Source: Botryllus schlosseri
Lineage: Eukaryota
DNA length: 64,000 bases
Reading direction: 5' to 3'
NCBI GenBank assembly: GCA_051294905.1
Contig: CM119372.1
Span: 35,838,001-35,902,000 of the forward strand
How positions within the stretch are numbered: position 1 is the stretch's first letter; every line of letters starts with the position of its first letter. Positions 38,478 to 50,808 of this stretch are shown piece by piece. A model generated the notes under the pieces. The model was not told the origin of the DNA, ran no database searches, and worked only from the letters and a program-made list of their open reading frames with translations. The translations under genes and the position numbers were made by a program.

Positions 38478-39257
38478 GCATAGAGGAAAAGACGTGGGCA
38501 CAAAGTTTCAACAATTATTGAACCTGATAAGGTTGATCTGCATTTTTCTTCAACTATTTCTTATGATCAGGGTATTGAATGCCAAACAAACAATAATAAA
38601 TTCCACTTCTTTCCAAGTCTATTTGTAAATTCTATAAAGCAAAGAATATAATTAGTTCAGTACATTAGCAACGAAGTACTACTTTACCAAAGTACTCGAG
38701 TCATTATATGTTTAGGCTACTTCCACTTCTACTTGACACCAGTGTTGGGATCAAGTCACTACCTTCGAGTCACGAGTCACTTCGAGTCATTGCGCATTTT
38801 GACTCGAGTCAAGTCAAGTCAATCGATTTTCTAAGGTGACTCGAGTCAAGTCAAGTCAGTCAATTTTTGGAGGTGACTCGAGTCAAGTCGAGTCAAGTCA
38901 AGTCAAGTCACGAGTCAAGTCACACTTCAAGTCAAATTGCCTTTTGAGGTATGAGGCGTGATTACGTCATTGTATTTTGCTAGTTGTCTGAAATACAGAT
39001 TAACTGGTCATTGATTTTGAACCGATGAAGGGATATAGAGTTAAATATACACGCAAGTGAGGCACTGTATCGCTCACATATAAGTAATAATCTAATAAGT
39101 AAGTCTAATAAACTACGTAAGTAATTGCACAGCCTCAGTTTATAGTTACCAGTCAAAATAGAGAATAGAGAAACAAATTGATAAGATGTAGGCTAATACA
39201 TTACCCTTTTGCAAATTGATATGATACAATAATTCGAGCCTGCGCCAATGGTTAAGG

Positions 39258-40545
39258 CAGGGGTGGGCAAACTTTTGAGCTCGCGGGCCGCATTCAACAT
39301 CTGAATCCATTCGCGGGCGGCACTTTATAAAATTGGGATCATACACCAAAACGCAATATTGCTGGTATTTGAGTGAGGGCACGGATATGATATATATGCA
39401 GTGGTGGCCCTACGAACGGGGGGGGGGGGGGGGGCTGGGCGAGACTTATCGGGGGGGGGGGGGGGCTATAAGTATCTACCCCCCTTCCGCATCGGTTATT
39501 ATTAGCTATCTGTCACCGCCGCAAAAGGTTTGCCAGGTCCTGGATTCGGCCATGTCTGTTTTGCATGTGTGCAAGGATAGACTACATCAAAACTAAGTAA
39601 TTCTACCGCATGCAGAGACGTGATGATTATCGGGATACGGACTTTTCTGACAAATGCAGTGATTTGATGATGATTGACACATCTGTACGGAATCATACTC
39701 TTGCTTGGTACACGGATTTCCATGTTTATTCGTCATTCTCCTTGAAAAAAGTGCAAAATCCAAATAGGGGGGCCCCTTCGACCAGGGGGGGCCCCGGGCG
39801 ACCGCCCACCTCGCCCACCCCAAAAGCCACCACTGTATATATGCTGATTTGAAACAAATCAAACATTGCTATGGTGATATCGTACACGCACCAGAAACAA
39901 TGGCGAGATTTCATAGGCTGGTCGACCCCAATAACCAATTTGTCAAAACTATATAGAGATGAAAGTCTGTTGTCCCGATTCTTAGGACAGGATTGAAATT
40001 TAAATCTGTGAGCAGGGATCTGTTCATAGATTTACTGATTCCGCTTTGGGGTCAGTTCCAGGACACACTGCCGAGAGCATCATAACCATGTTAGCTTCAA
40101 ACACGCTTCTACTATATGTGTAGATTTCGCGCCCCCTTATCGCTATGTCACAAAACGCAACAAGGATGCTATAGCAAACCTAACGGATAGTTTGGTGGCA
40201 TGGGAGGTTACGTATTGATGAGAGATTCTTAAATATGAAATTCATACTAAATACAGAGCAATATTTATGAATTTAAAGTAAAACGCGCGAAGCGCGAAAA
40301 AAATTTTCAGTAGAGCTCAGCTTCGCGATCCCCTTCAGATGCTTTCATAACCCCAAGGGGCCACTGCCTTAGAATTATCATGGTGAAATATACTAAGAAA
40401 AAGTTTAATCAAGTCCCTGCATTAATTCGATTTTTAGTACGCATTTTATCAATATTTTAAATAAGTTTCTTTAGACTCTCGTGGGCCGCACAGAACGGTG
40501 TTGCGGGCCGCATGCGGCCCGCGGGCCGTAGTTTGCCCACCCCTG
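39258..40545. mobile_element. hAT MITE (middle layer)
   Basis: 16-bp perfect TIR CAGGGGTGGGCAAACT; perfect TSD GGTTAAGG. Confidence 0.92.
39399..39835. mobile_element. TIR element (inner layer)
   Basis: TIR CAGTGGTGGC; perfect TSD TATATATG; the empty site is visible in the paralogous fragment near 10825-10850. Confidence 0.9.
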
Positions 40546-42457
40546 GGTTAAGGACTATATAAAGTATTTTTAAATCCAATTTCAATAAAGCAAGAGGTTT
40601 GGTTGTTAAGTTAAGAGAACAGAACAGGAATATACATTTTGGTATTAAATTACTTTTCTATACTATAGTTAAGACAACGTAGGCTGTAAGCTTCCATCAC
40701 GTCGTTTGCGATCAATGTATTTGTGAGAGAACAATGGAGGCTCAGTAAAACGCACGATCATTGAATGATTGGTCGCTCTCACGGGTTACACCAGCGTTGC
40801 GCGAGCAATCCGAATATATGCATTGATTTCTATCGACACCGATTACTGGATGACTTGAAATTGACTCGTGAATTTTGCTCCGAGTCACGAGTCAATCCAC
40901 ATTTCTGATACGCCGAGTCAAGTCAAGTCAAGTCATTTTAGCAAAGTGACTCGAGTCAAGTCAAGTCATACGAAAAAGTGACTCGAGTCTGACTCGAGTC
41001 AAGTCATGACTCGAGTCATCCCAACACTGCTTGACACTCTTTAGTTAGGCCCTACTTTCTTGTGAGACTGTGGATTTTGTAAACTAGAAACTAGTTTTGG
41101 CGCATGATTGCATCCCATTTAAGCGCGTGGTTGTCATAACAAATGGAAATAGCTCAACAATCAAAGTTGTCCTATGTCCAGGTCTCTAGACTAGAGTATC
41201 TGGGCATTCGTATTGGTGTATTGATCACATTACTTCTGTTAATTTCCATCTTATTTCATTATTATAGAAAGCCTAGCCGTAATCGTGTGAAGCTCTTTCG
41301 CTTAATGAAATTTGCAACGAAATGTAGTAATTTTCATGTTCATATAATGTAGAATTAGATTCGTTGTAAATTTAAACTTAACATGAAAATTCAGCACATG
41401 CGAGATGGATATGGGCCAGTGTGTAGGCTACCGTACAACCGATGAATGAGGTAGGTCCAATACAGAGTCGTATATGGACAATTCCCGGCTTTTCTATTAC
41501 ATCGCAGTGCTGTGATACATTGAAATGGTATGAACAAACGCATGGGTGGAGTTCGCAAATTTGGTCAGAATTTGAAGATTATGAACCTCTCAGGGCTTAG
41601 CATAATTAACAATTCATGTTAAACTCGATCTAGCCAAGAGGTCAAACACTCGCCCCGCGAAATCATTTTGTGTGGCACGCGCAGGCATTGTTGATTTTCA
41701 AGTATGCGACAATAATGAACTGTCACACATATTTGTTATATTTGGGAGTTTAAAATTCACTCCAAAAGACTGCTTCAAAACCTCGTCCAACTTTAATATC
41801 GCGACATTGCCATGCGGTGGAAGATCTGATATTACGTCACATTACCTGTTCATGATAATAAAAAAGGACCCGTTGATGATTCGTGACTGAAAAGTGTGAT
41901 TTTGACTGATGCAAAATTAAAATGAAACCAGGGGAGTCGGTTCAAACGTTAAAATCAGAGAAGGACTTGTGACTTGGACCGCCGTGGGTTCATAAAACCA
42001 TAGATGCAACAAACGCAATTAAACTATCGTGAGGAATATGAATAGCTGGAGCAAGTTTAAGTTGCACTAAAATCGCGAGAAAGCTGCACATAAATTTGAC
42101 AAAAGTTGCAGTAAAAAGTTGCATTTATAATTATTGTTGAATAAGTAAGGTATATGAGATACTCAAAAGGTTCCGTTGCATAGCCTAGCTCATGCAGATC
42201 TGTCGAATTTGTTACTGTGCCATTTCACGGACATTCCGGCGAGACCGCAAAAATATATTTTTTCTTGGTACACAGCACGAAAATGATGCAATGCGGGAAT
42301 AATTTTCTAATTTTCTAAAAAAAAATTCAACAGCATAGCGATAATCCATCTCCCTAAAACAAGTCAAATAACACACCCAAACTCCCTAGGTCTGCAAACT
42401 TGACCCGAGGCATTGCAGAAAAACTCACTATTGGCGACTTTAACAAAATCAATAGCC

Positions 42458-44344
42458 GGTGAAGTGGCGAGATAGCGCAGTGGTATAATCTGCGGCTGCA
42501 ACACCAATGGGTGAGGGTTCGAGTCCGACCGAGGTCGACTTCCAAATTCCGGTACCTAATGAGTGTCGGAGGTTTACCTAGGCTCCTCCTCGCCACCTCA
42601 TCCGCGTCAGCGGTGTCTTACAAAAAGCCTAGATGTGGGCCGTGCTATAAGTCGGCAGTTACGGAAAATAGGAAGAATATCGGCCTGGTGTAAATGACCA
42701 TAGTCAGGGGTCGGCAACCTTTTGCTAGTAGCGGGCCAAATTTCGGGTGTACAACCTTTTGGCGGGCCGGATTTTTTCTTAGTACTATATTTTACGCTCA
42801 CTTCGGTATATCATCCTACATTGCTGCAATCTCAATCATACCAATCCGAAGACACATGTATTTACACTTCAACGACACCGAATAATGACAATTGACGCAG
42901 CTTGCTTTGTGAAAGGTTTTCAACTTCTGGTAACATGTCAGATGAAACAAGAATCAGACCCTATTCAAAATGGACGCCCGAAATACGTGATCTTGGCTTG
43001 CTCCTCGTGAATTTCATTGTTCAAAACTATTGTTCACATGCGTACGTGCTTACAAAAATCGATGCAATTTCTTTTGCATTGCTGGTCAAGCTGGGATAAA
43101 GACCAATTTCAAGAACGTATACTCTTTGTCAAAGTCATGCAGCGATATGCTCTTTGTATGAAATTTGTCATTCAATTCAACTGCATCGCATTTCAGAAAG
43201 GCCCATTTGAAATTTTCAGGCAATGGTATTGGCGTCCACATTAAACAGAGTACTGAATAGTCAGAATTCATTTTGTAGAGAAGGAATGTCGGAAAAGAGG
43301 GTGAATAATGAATATTCAGTAGTTAAATTTCGTATCACAGTTACAAATGTAGTGTTGGTACTGGTTTTTCTCTCCTCCAGTATAGGAAAGTGAGCATAAT
43401 TTTCTTTGTACTGTTGACATTTCCAGAGTCACAGATTTGTTTTGAATGCGCCTCAACATCTCATGTATGTAGTTTTTTTCCGCCTGAAGTTGCAAGTTCA
43501 ATTTGTTCAGATGTGACGTTAAATGTTCCAGGAACGCAAGATGAGATAGAGATACCCATTTTGGATTACAAGATTATGAGTCGGCGATATTTGTATTTTC
43601 GAGGAAAGTTGCTATTTCATTTCTCAGTTCATACACTCGTGTAATCGTAGCTGCTCGACTCAATGAGCGAACATGACGGATATAGGCCTACATGACATCG
43701 CCATATTGATTCTCTGCTTCTAGTAATATCTGGCGTAACTGATTCAGTTGATGAGACAAAAATCATATTTACAGTTTTCACCATTGTGGCCAAAACACTA
43801 TTCAGGTTTTTTGTCTTGGCACACAATGCCTTCTGGAAAATCAAAATATATACAGGCTAACTAACATACGGAGGCTTGTTATCTATAATTGAATAGTTTG
43901 AAATCCCGTCATTGCGTCTGAGATGCTCCAAGCGTTTTTGAAGCAAAGGAAGAACACGTTTATTGTCACACCCGTTAGAGTGACTAACCCTTTAAAAAGC
44001 ATGGAACACCTTCGGTTGCCAGATACACCCGATTGATAAGCACTGCTGGTCCAGTCTAGTCTATCTCCATCTACTTCAACCACCTTCGTTTTATGGCGTA
44101 ACAATAGACTAATACGATGTAGGCTACTATTATATCGTAGCAATGCCGCATTTTTTTTCATGCAGCGCTGCACTTCAGATTGAAACTCATTATGAAGCGG
44201 CGGGCCATATTCTTGTGATAACTAATTATTATGTCGCGGGCCGGACGATTTCGCTTGGCGGGCCGGATCCGGCCCGCGGGCCGTAGGTTGCCGACCCTTG
44301 ACCATAGTAGTCGACAAACACCATGAATACCCCAAAAACAAACA
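42458..44344 (+). mobile_element. tRNA-derived SINE family 1, interrupted by 42705-44300
   Basis: A box TAGCGCAGTGG, B box GGTTCGAGTCC, (CAAA)n tail, 16-bp TSD AACAAAATCAATAGCC. Confidence 0.92.
42705..44300 (-). mobile_element. 1596-bp non-autonomous Buster/SPIN-like hAT element, copy A
   Basis: TIR CA(G/A)GGGTCGGCAACCT; perfect TSD ACCATAGT; decayed transposase traces (NLQLQA....IHEM, CDAVELNDKFH, IASIFVSTYACEQ). Confidence 0.94.
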
Positions 44345-45210
44345 AACAAAATCAATAGCCTGAAAAAGGTTGACCCAGTGAAAATGCAATTTTTGGCGGT
44401 CTAGCCTTGACGTTTGTGAAATGGCAAACTATCTTAAATTTAAACGATAGAACTACTTCGACGATATTTTTACATATTGTTTTGGCACGGTCGTGCTTGA
44501 CAGAGATAGTTGAACTTCTTACTTGCAAGCCATTGTGTCATAGCTAACAGTGAGCTGGCTCTAACTCATCATATAGCTCTTTGTTATGCCGATCAAAGAG
44601 AATAGAACCAACTAGAAATAGTTTATAGCATGTTTTTAAATCACTCCTTTGCATTTTTACGCAATATTTGATAAAAGTTGCAGTAAATGTTGCATTGAAA
44701 AATAGAGGAAAGTTGCAAAAAGTCGCACTATAAAATTCCTCTAAACAGCTTAAAACATCATAGAACGTAGATTCTGAGTATCGGGGAAGCTGTCGGAAGC
44801 CCTAGTTAGCCTATGTCAAAACATCGTAGCGAGTGTTGCGAAGCGTAGCGGATTTCGCTATCTAAGCAGGTCGGTATGGCAACCATTCACATGCTGTTGC
44901 CCCCTGAGAGACCAGATATATCTTAGGTCTCGCTATCCGTGTTATTATCGCCAGTTAAAGGTGGCTATCGCCAATTGAATGTGGCGAGTAACAAAGCGGT
45001 ACGGTAGACAGCTGTAACACCGATGGATCGTCAGGCGATTGAACATTTCATTAGTATGACAAATTAATTTTGTATCAATGTTGGTATTTCAGTAGTCGAA
45101 ATTAATCTAACGCTGATTTAATTTGACTTTGGGGATGACATGATCAATAGCCTACTTATCGGGAGTATCCCCGAAACCGGGATTGGGCTGCACTGCTCAA
45201 ATGCTCTGAT

Positions 45211-47579
45211 CAGGGCCGTAACAGCACTTCGTCAGCCCCCCCAAAAAAACGTTGGTCCACGGCCCCCCATAGGGTGATAATACGAACTTCTGGGGGCCTT
45301 CGCCCCCCAGACCCCCCTCATCCTATGCGCTGTTTACCGCTCCATATAATCTACATTGGGTGTCGGTTTAGTCCAAGGGTCGGCAACCTACGGCCCGCGG
45401 GCCGGATCCGGCCCGCCAAGCGAAATCGTCCGGCCCGCGACATAATAATTAGTTATCACAAGAATATGGCCCGCCGCTTCATAATGAGTTTCAATCTGAA
45501 GTGCAGCGCTGCATGAAAAAAAATGCGGCATTGCTACGATATAATAGTAGCCTACATCGTATTAGTCTATTGTTACGCCATAAAACGAAGGTGGTTGAAG
45601 TAGATGGAGATAGACTAGACTGGACCAGCAGTGCTTATCAATCGGGTGTATCTGGCAACCGAAGGTGTTCCATGCTTTTTAAAGGGTTAGTCACTCTAAC
45701 GGGTGTGACAATAAACGTGTTCTTCCTTTGCTTCAAAAACGCTTGGAGCATCTCAGACGCAATGACGGGATTTCAAACTATTCAATTATAGATAACAAGC
45801 CTCCGTATGTTAGTTAGCCTGTATATATTTTGATTTTCCAGAAGGCATTGTGTGCCAAGACAAAAAACCTGAATAGTGTTTTGGCCACAATGGTGAAAAC
45901 TGTAAATATGATTTTTGTCTCATCAACTGAATCAGTTACGCCAGATATTACTAGAAGCAGAGAATCAATATGGCGATGTCATGTAGGCCTATATCCGTCA
46001 TGTTCGCTCATTGAGTCGAGCAGCTACGATTACACGAGTGTATGAACTGAGAAATGAAATAGCAACTTTCCTCGAAAATACAAATATCGCCGACTCATAA
46101 TCTTGTAATCCAAAATGGGTATCTCTATCTCATCTTGCGTTCCTGGAACATTTAACGTCACATCTGAACAAATTGAACTTGCAACTTCAGGCGGAAAAAA
46201 ACTACATACATGAGATGTTGAGGCGCATTCAAAACAAATCTGTGACTCTGGAAATGTCAACAGTACAAAGAAAATTATGCTCACTTTCCTATACTGGAGG
46301 AGAGAAAAACCAGTACCAACACTACATTTGTAACTGTGATACGAAATTTAACTACTGAATATTCATTATTCACCCTCTTTTCCGACATTCCTTCTCTACA
46401 AAATGAATTCTGACTATTCAGTACTCTGTTTAATGTGGACGCCAATACCATTGCCTGAAAATTTCAAATGGGCCTTTCTGAAATGCGATGCAGTTGAATT
46501 GAATGACAAATTTCATACAAAGAGCATATCGCTGCATGACTTTGACAAAGAGTATACGTTCTTGAAATTGGTCTTTATCCCAGCTTGACCAGCAATGCAA
46601 AAGAAATTGCATCGATTTTTGTAAGCACGTACGCATGTGAACAATAGTTTTGAACAATGAAATTCACGAGGAGCAAGCCAAGATCACGTATTTCGGGCGT
46701 CCATTTTGAATAGGGTCTGATTCTTGTTTCATCTGACATGTTACCAGAAGTTGAAAACCTTTCACAAAGCAAGCTGCGTCAATTGTCATTATTCGGTGTC
46801 GTTGAAGTGTAAATACATGTGTCTTCGGATTGGTATGATTGAGATTGCAGCAATGTAGGATGATATACCGAAGTGAGCGTAAAATATAGTACTAAGAAAA
46901 AATCCGGCCCGCCAAAAGGTTGTACACCCGAAATTTGGCCCGCTACTAGCAAAAGGTTGCCGACCCCTGGTTTAGTCAGTCAGCTTTTCACGTCTAAACG
47001 CCAGAAGCGCAAAAAAATTCCATAATTCATGGCTGAATCGGGCAATATTATTGGGAATTGCATATATATTGCTATCAATTTTTATCCTCTCTCTGCTCAC
47101 GTAATCAGATTTACCGGTAGAGCTGAGTGAGGTGTGTTTGAAAAGGTAGGACCCCTCAATAATAATTATTGATAATTAAACATCTCCGGGTGTATTGTGT
47201 ACCCGTCGGCGGGAACGAAACAGCACTTCGTCAGCCCCCCTTCCAATAAAGCTTGAGTCTTGGGCTCCCATGGGGTAATAAACCGCCCTGCCATCATGTT
47301 GTTCGCTTTTGCCACGAAATTAAAGATGTACTGATTAGTGAGCCAGCGCGAAGCGCAAAAACTTTCGATATTACATGATAAAATCGGTCAATAAGATCGG
47401 AAATCGCATGTATATTGCTATCAATTTGTTGTCCTCTCTGCTCACGTAATCAGATTTACCGGTAGAGCCCGTAAATAATAATTAAACATCACGGAATAAT
47501 TCACGGAATAATTTTGGGCCCCCTTCGAGCTCGCCCTCCCCCCAATTGGGGGTTTGGGGTGCGGCAGGGTGCGGCCCTG
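45211..47579. mobile_element. Family Y TIR element hosting hAT copy B
   Basis: TIR CAGGGCCG; perfect TSD GCTCTGAT. Confidence 0.87.
45374..46969 (+). mobile_element. 1596-bp non-autonomous Buster/SPIN-like hAT element, copy B (inverted relative to A)
   Basis: Same length as copy A; the ORF track gives identical translations in mirror orientation; own perfect TSD GTTTAGTC. Confidence 0.94.
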
Positions 47580-47901
47580 GCTCTGATATCATATACATCA
47601 TTGGTAAATTCTAAAATATTCTACCTATAATTGTGGCACATCAAATGTCCGCTAGCTGCCAAATTGTCACGCGACAGTTTTTACGGTGTCATGATGCGTT
47701 GTCACGTTGCATTTTGTCTATATCTCATCATTTTGCCAAGTTATACCAAACAACAACAATTTTATTCAAATATTGAGGATGTGTTTATGTTCGTGTCAGG
47801 CGTGAATATTATTATGATATTACATCGCACGATGTGTTTGGAATGCCATTCTACAAGGTCCCGTCAAATAAGGCGTATACTTCGAAATACATTGAATGGC
47901 T

Positions 47902-48178
47902 GTGGCGAGATAGCGCAGTGGTATAATACGCGGCTGCAACACCAATGGGTGCGGGTTCGAGTCCGACCGAGGTCGACTTCCGATTTCCGATATCTAAGTG
48001 TTGGAGGTTTACCTAGGCTCCTCCTCGCCACCTCATCCGCGTCAGCGGTGTCTTACAAAAGCCTAGAGGTGGGCCGTGCTATAAGTCGGCAGTTACGGAA
48101 AATAAGAAGAATAACGGCCTGGTGTAAATGACCATAGTAGTCGACAAACACCATGAATACCCCAAAAAACAAAAATAA
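47902..48178 (+). mobile_element. tRNA-derived SINE family 1, intact copy
   Basis: A and B boxes, ~277 bp, CAAA-rich tail, TSD ACATTGAATGGCT. Confidence 0.93.
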
Positions 48179-50414
48179 ACATTGAATGGCTCTATTATTG
48201 ATGCTGCGGCCCGCGGTGTCATCGAAAACTAAGGAATTGGTCCGCGAGCACATTTGAGTTTAAGACCTCTGATCTAGCCTATATCTATCATCGGTATTCG
48301 ATAGTTACGCGTCTGATGATTTCTAATGCTCTGTGCTGTCGGACGGTTCCTAAAATAGTGTCTTCAATACAGCATATTCCAGACAGATAGGTTGTGTGGT
48401 TTATTTTGTGAAGTATTATATCCGGCAAGTTCACTACGCGTATAATAATAATGTACGTTGTTGTACCCTTTATATGTATATCCTTCAGAGATAGTCACCT
48501 AAATACAATGCCTACTTTCCAATTTTGCTCCCTTTTATATCAACATATTGTGATGTTTTGAGATTGTTGGGTTAATGCAGGGAATAAATGTTTTACCCAT
48601 AATGTCATCATTAGGTCATACAACATGCCGTTGCATGTTCAATTATTGTGATTTGTTGAAAATAACCGCTACTGCAACTGTGGTATTTACTGTGTTTGCC
48701 TGAGATGCTACACGGCCTATTGATCAAAGAGGAATACGCATGTCGACGAACGCTTTCGCTGTCGGCGTTGGCGAAGCTTTATCGCTGCTGGTTGCTGCGA
48801 TCGCCATTCATTCAGTCGTCGAAACATAGTCGAGTGTCTCGCGGTTCTGTGTTCGCATCGTTATCGGTTGATAAGGAGTAGCCTGTGCATAAGCTATGTG
48901 TGGGAGTAGGTGGTTACAGTAGCTATGCTATTCTATTCTAGTTAGAGCTCCAATCATAGTATCTTATAATCTGACTCTCTCTGTGTCCAGCTCACAATAA
49001 TGATCGATACAGTGTGCATATGAGTTCATTCCGCTGTGGCGGTTACTAGATGAGATATCCACCAGGAAGTTAGTCTACATGAGCGGCCGAAAATTTCAAA
49101 TTTCGCAGCCCCATGTCGACAACTGTGTCACCTATGCTCAAGACATCATGACGCAAGCTGTTCGCGCACAGCGGATATTATTATTGTGGATTTATCTTCT
49201 GTCGTCGTTCGCTGAAGCTTTGAAGGTACGAGCATTGGATTCAAATCGATATTGTAGTCGCTAGGGAATAGATGAACGCAAGAATTCATGTCTAGTGTTA
49301 GTGTAGCGAAGCTAACGTGTTCTTCCTGAACGCCTGCCGCGATTCCGTAACTAAGTATGGTCAGTTTTTAAATTTCATATTTTCAAAATATCGAAATCTG
49401 GTGATGAAATACGTAGATATTGAAATTACACTGCAACAAGTCGTTCACTTCATTCATGTGAATCTTTCCGGAATTAGCGACTTGTGGTCGGGGCAACTCA
49501 ACCAGTAAAGCCTAACCAGTACAAATAGTGTGTGAGCGATTATACGTGACTTACTGAACTGACTTGCATATCATTCAAACATACCTTAATAATCAAATGA
49601 TGTTAACGATTGCAATTACATGATTAAATGTAATCATGGCAAGCTCATACAGTTACCCTCTCGCTATCCGACGCTATGGGTGATTGAGAAGTATGTTACA
49701 GAGTTACTTGTCTTGCTCGGCGTACTGTGTGGGTGATTTTATGGTATATACGCCGATAGCTTTGCGCTGTCAGCTGATTTTTATATTACGCTATTGTTCG
49801 CTCACGTCAATACCCTTGTTATACGTGTGACCTAGAGCTGTTTATGGTTCGCAGCTCCGGCTACAATTAACCCAGATACCAGTGAAGGATTGATGGGCAT
49901 TTCCCGTGGTCTGTTAGATTTCACGCGAATGGCCCCAATTAATGACAGTGAATCACCATACTGGATCGCGCGTATACTTCAACATGGATTCCAGCGACTG
50001 GATGATAAGTTACGATACCTTTATTGTTCTGTATAATCCCTTCAGGCTAGACTAAAATATGATCGCGATAAAGCGGATATAATCATGCATGCCATTCAAT
50101 AATATCACCGCAAATATTGACGGAATATTCGTGCAAACTGCATACTACATCTTGTACTGTCGGTGGAACGGAACATTACGCTCCCGTTCCGGTGTAGACT
50201 ATTTTACAAAGATTCAAAGTGAATAGTTAATAATCCCTGCTACGCATAGGACCGAGCACACAGTATCCTTACCTCGCATTTACCTACACCAATCTTACGG
50301 TTTGAATGGATTCTAATTGATCCCTACCAACCTCCTTATTTCGTGACTATCATATCGATTCGAAGGAGCATACCGCAATATAAAGTTGTAAAATGTGTAA
50401 TATTGGTTATCTCG

Positions 50415-50808
50415 TAGGGTTGAAATATTTTGGAAATCTGAAAAGATGACAGTTTTTCAAAATTTTCAGACTTGTAAAACCGGAAGAAATACCTGAAAAA
50501 TGGTAAATTTTTCACACTTCGGTTGACTAAGAAAATAACAGGTCAACTTTCTCGCTCAGCGCCCAAAATACAGTTTTCCCTTTCACGTTATCTGTTGGTT
50601 GACTGAAAAAAGGTCAACTTTCCGGCTCAGCCCCCGAAATAACTGCCGGAGCGTTACTTCAATGCTGATTTACTGTATCTCAGTCGATTTTGCCATATAC
50701 TAACCAAAATTCCCCAAAAAGAGGACAAAATCTCAAAAAAGAGGACATTTAGGCGTCCTCCGAGGACATTCTTAAAAAAGTCACAAACGAGGACGTATGG
50801 TAACCCTA
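50415..50808. mobile_element. MITE with GAGGACA subterminal repeats (related fragments near 25645-25800 and 36140-36460)
   Basis: Ends TAGGGTTG / GGTAACCCTA; TSD TTATCTCG/TTATATCG. Confidence 0.75.

Larger units (their letters stand above)
38740..41029. mobile_element. hAT-type element with GACTCGAGTC/AAGTC arrays (outer layer of a 3-level nest)
   Basis: TIR CAGTGTTGGGAT; perfect TSD CTTGACAC. Confidence 0.92.
42048..44804 (+). mobile_element. AAGTTGC-repeat TIR family copy interrupted by a SINE and a hAT element
   Basis: 42048-42457 + 44361-44804 align by eye to the reverse complement of 63030-63893. Confidence 0.75.
41636..48271. mobile_element. Old hAT MITE expanded to 6.6 kb by nested insertions
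   Basis: Ends AAGAGGTCAAACACTC / GAGTTTAAGACCTCTG; TSD ATCTAGCC on both sides. Confidence 0.72.

Noticed and set aside
39417..39464. Long poly-G runs encoding Gly-rich ORFs
   Set aside because: They are homopolymer tracts inside a MITE, of uncertain length and with no coding support.
42902..46772. Mirrored sets of short ORFs suggesting duplicated genes
   Set aside because: They are frames across a decayed hAT transposase in two inverted element copies.
47902..47975. tRNA-like sequence with A/B boxes and a GCA triplet (also 42465-42535)
   Set aside because: No proper cloverleaf, and it continues into a shared body, CAAA tail and TSD. It is a SINE head, not a tRNA gene.
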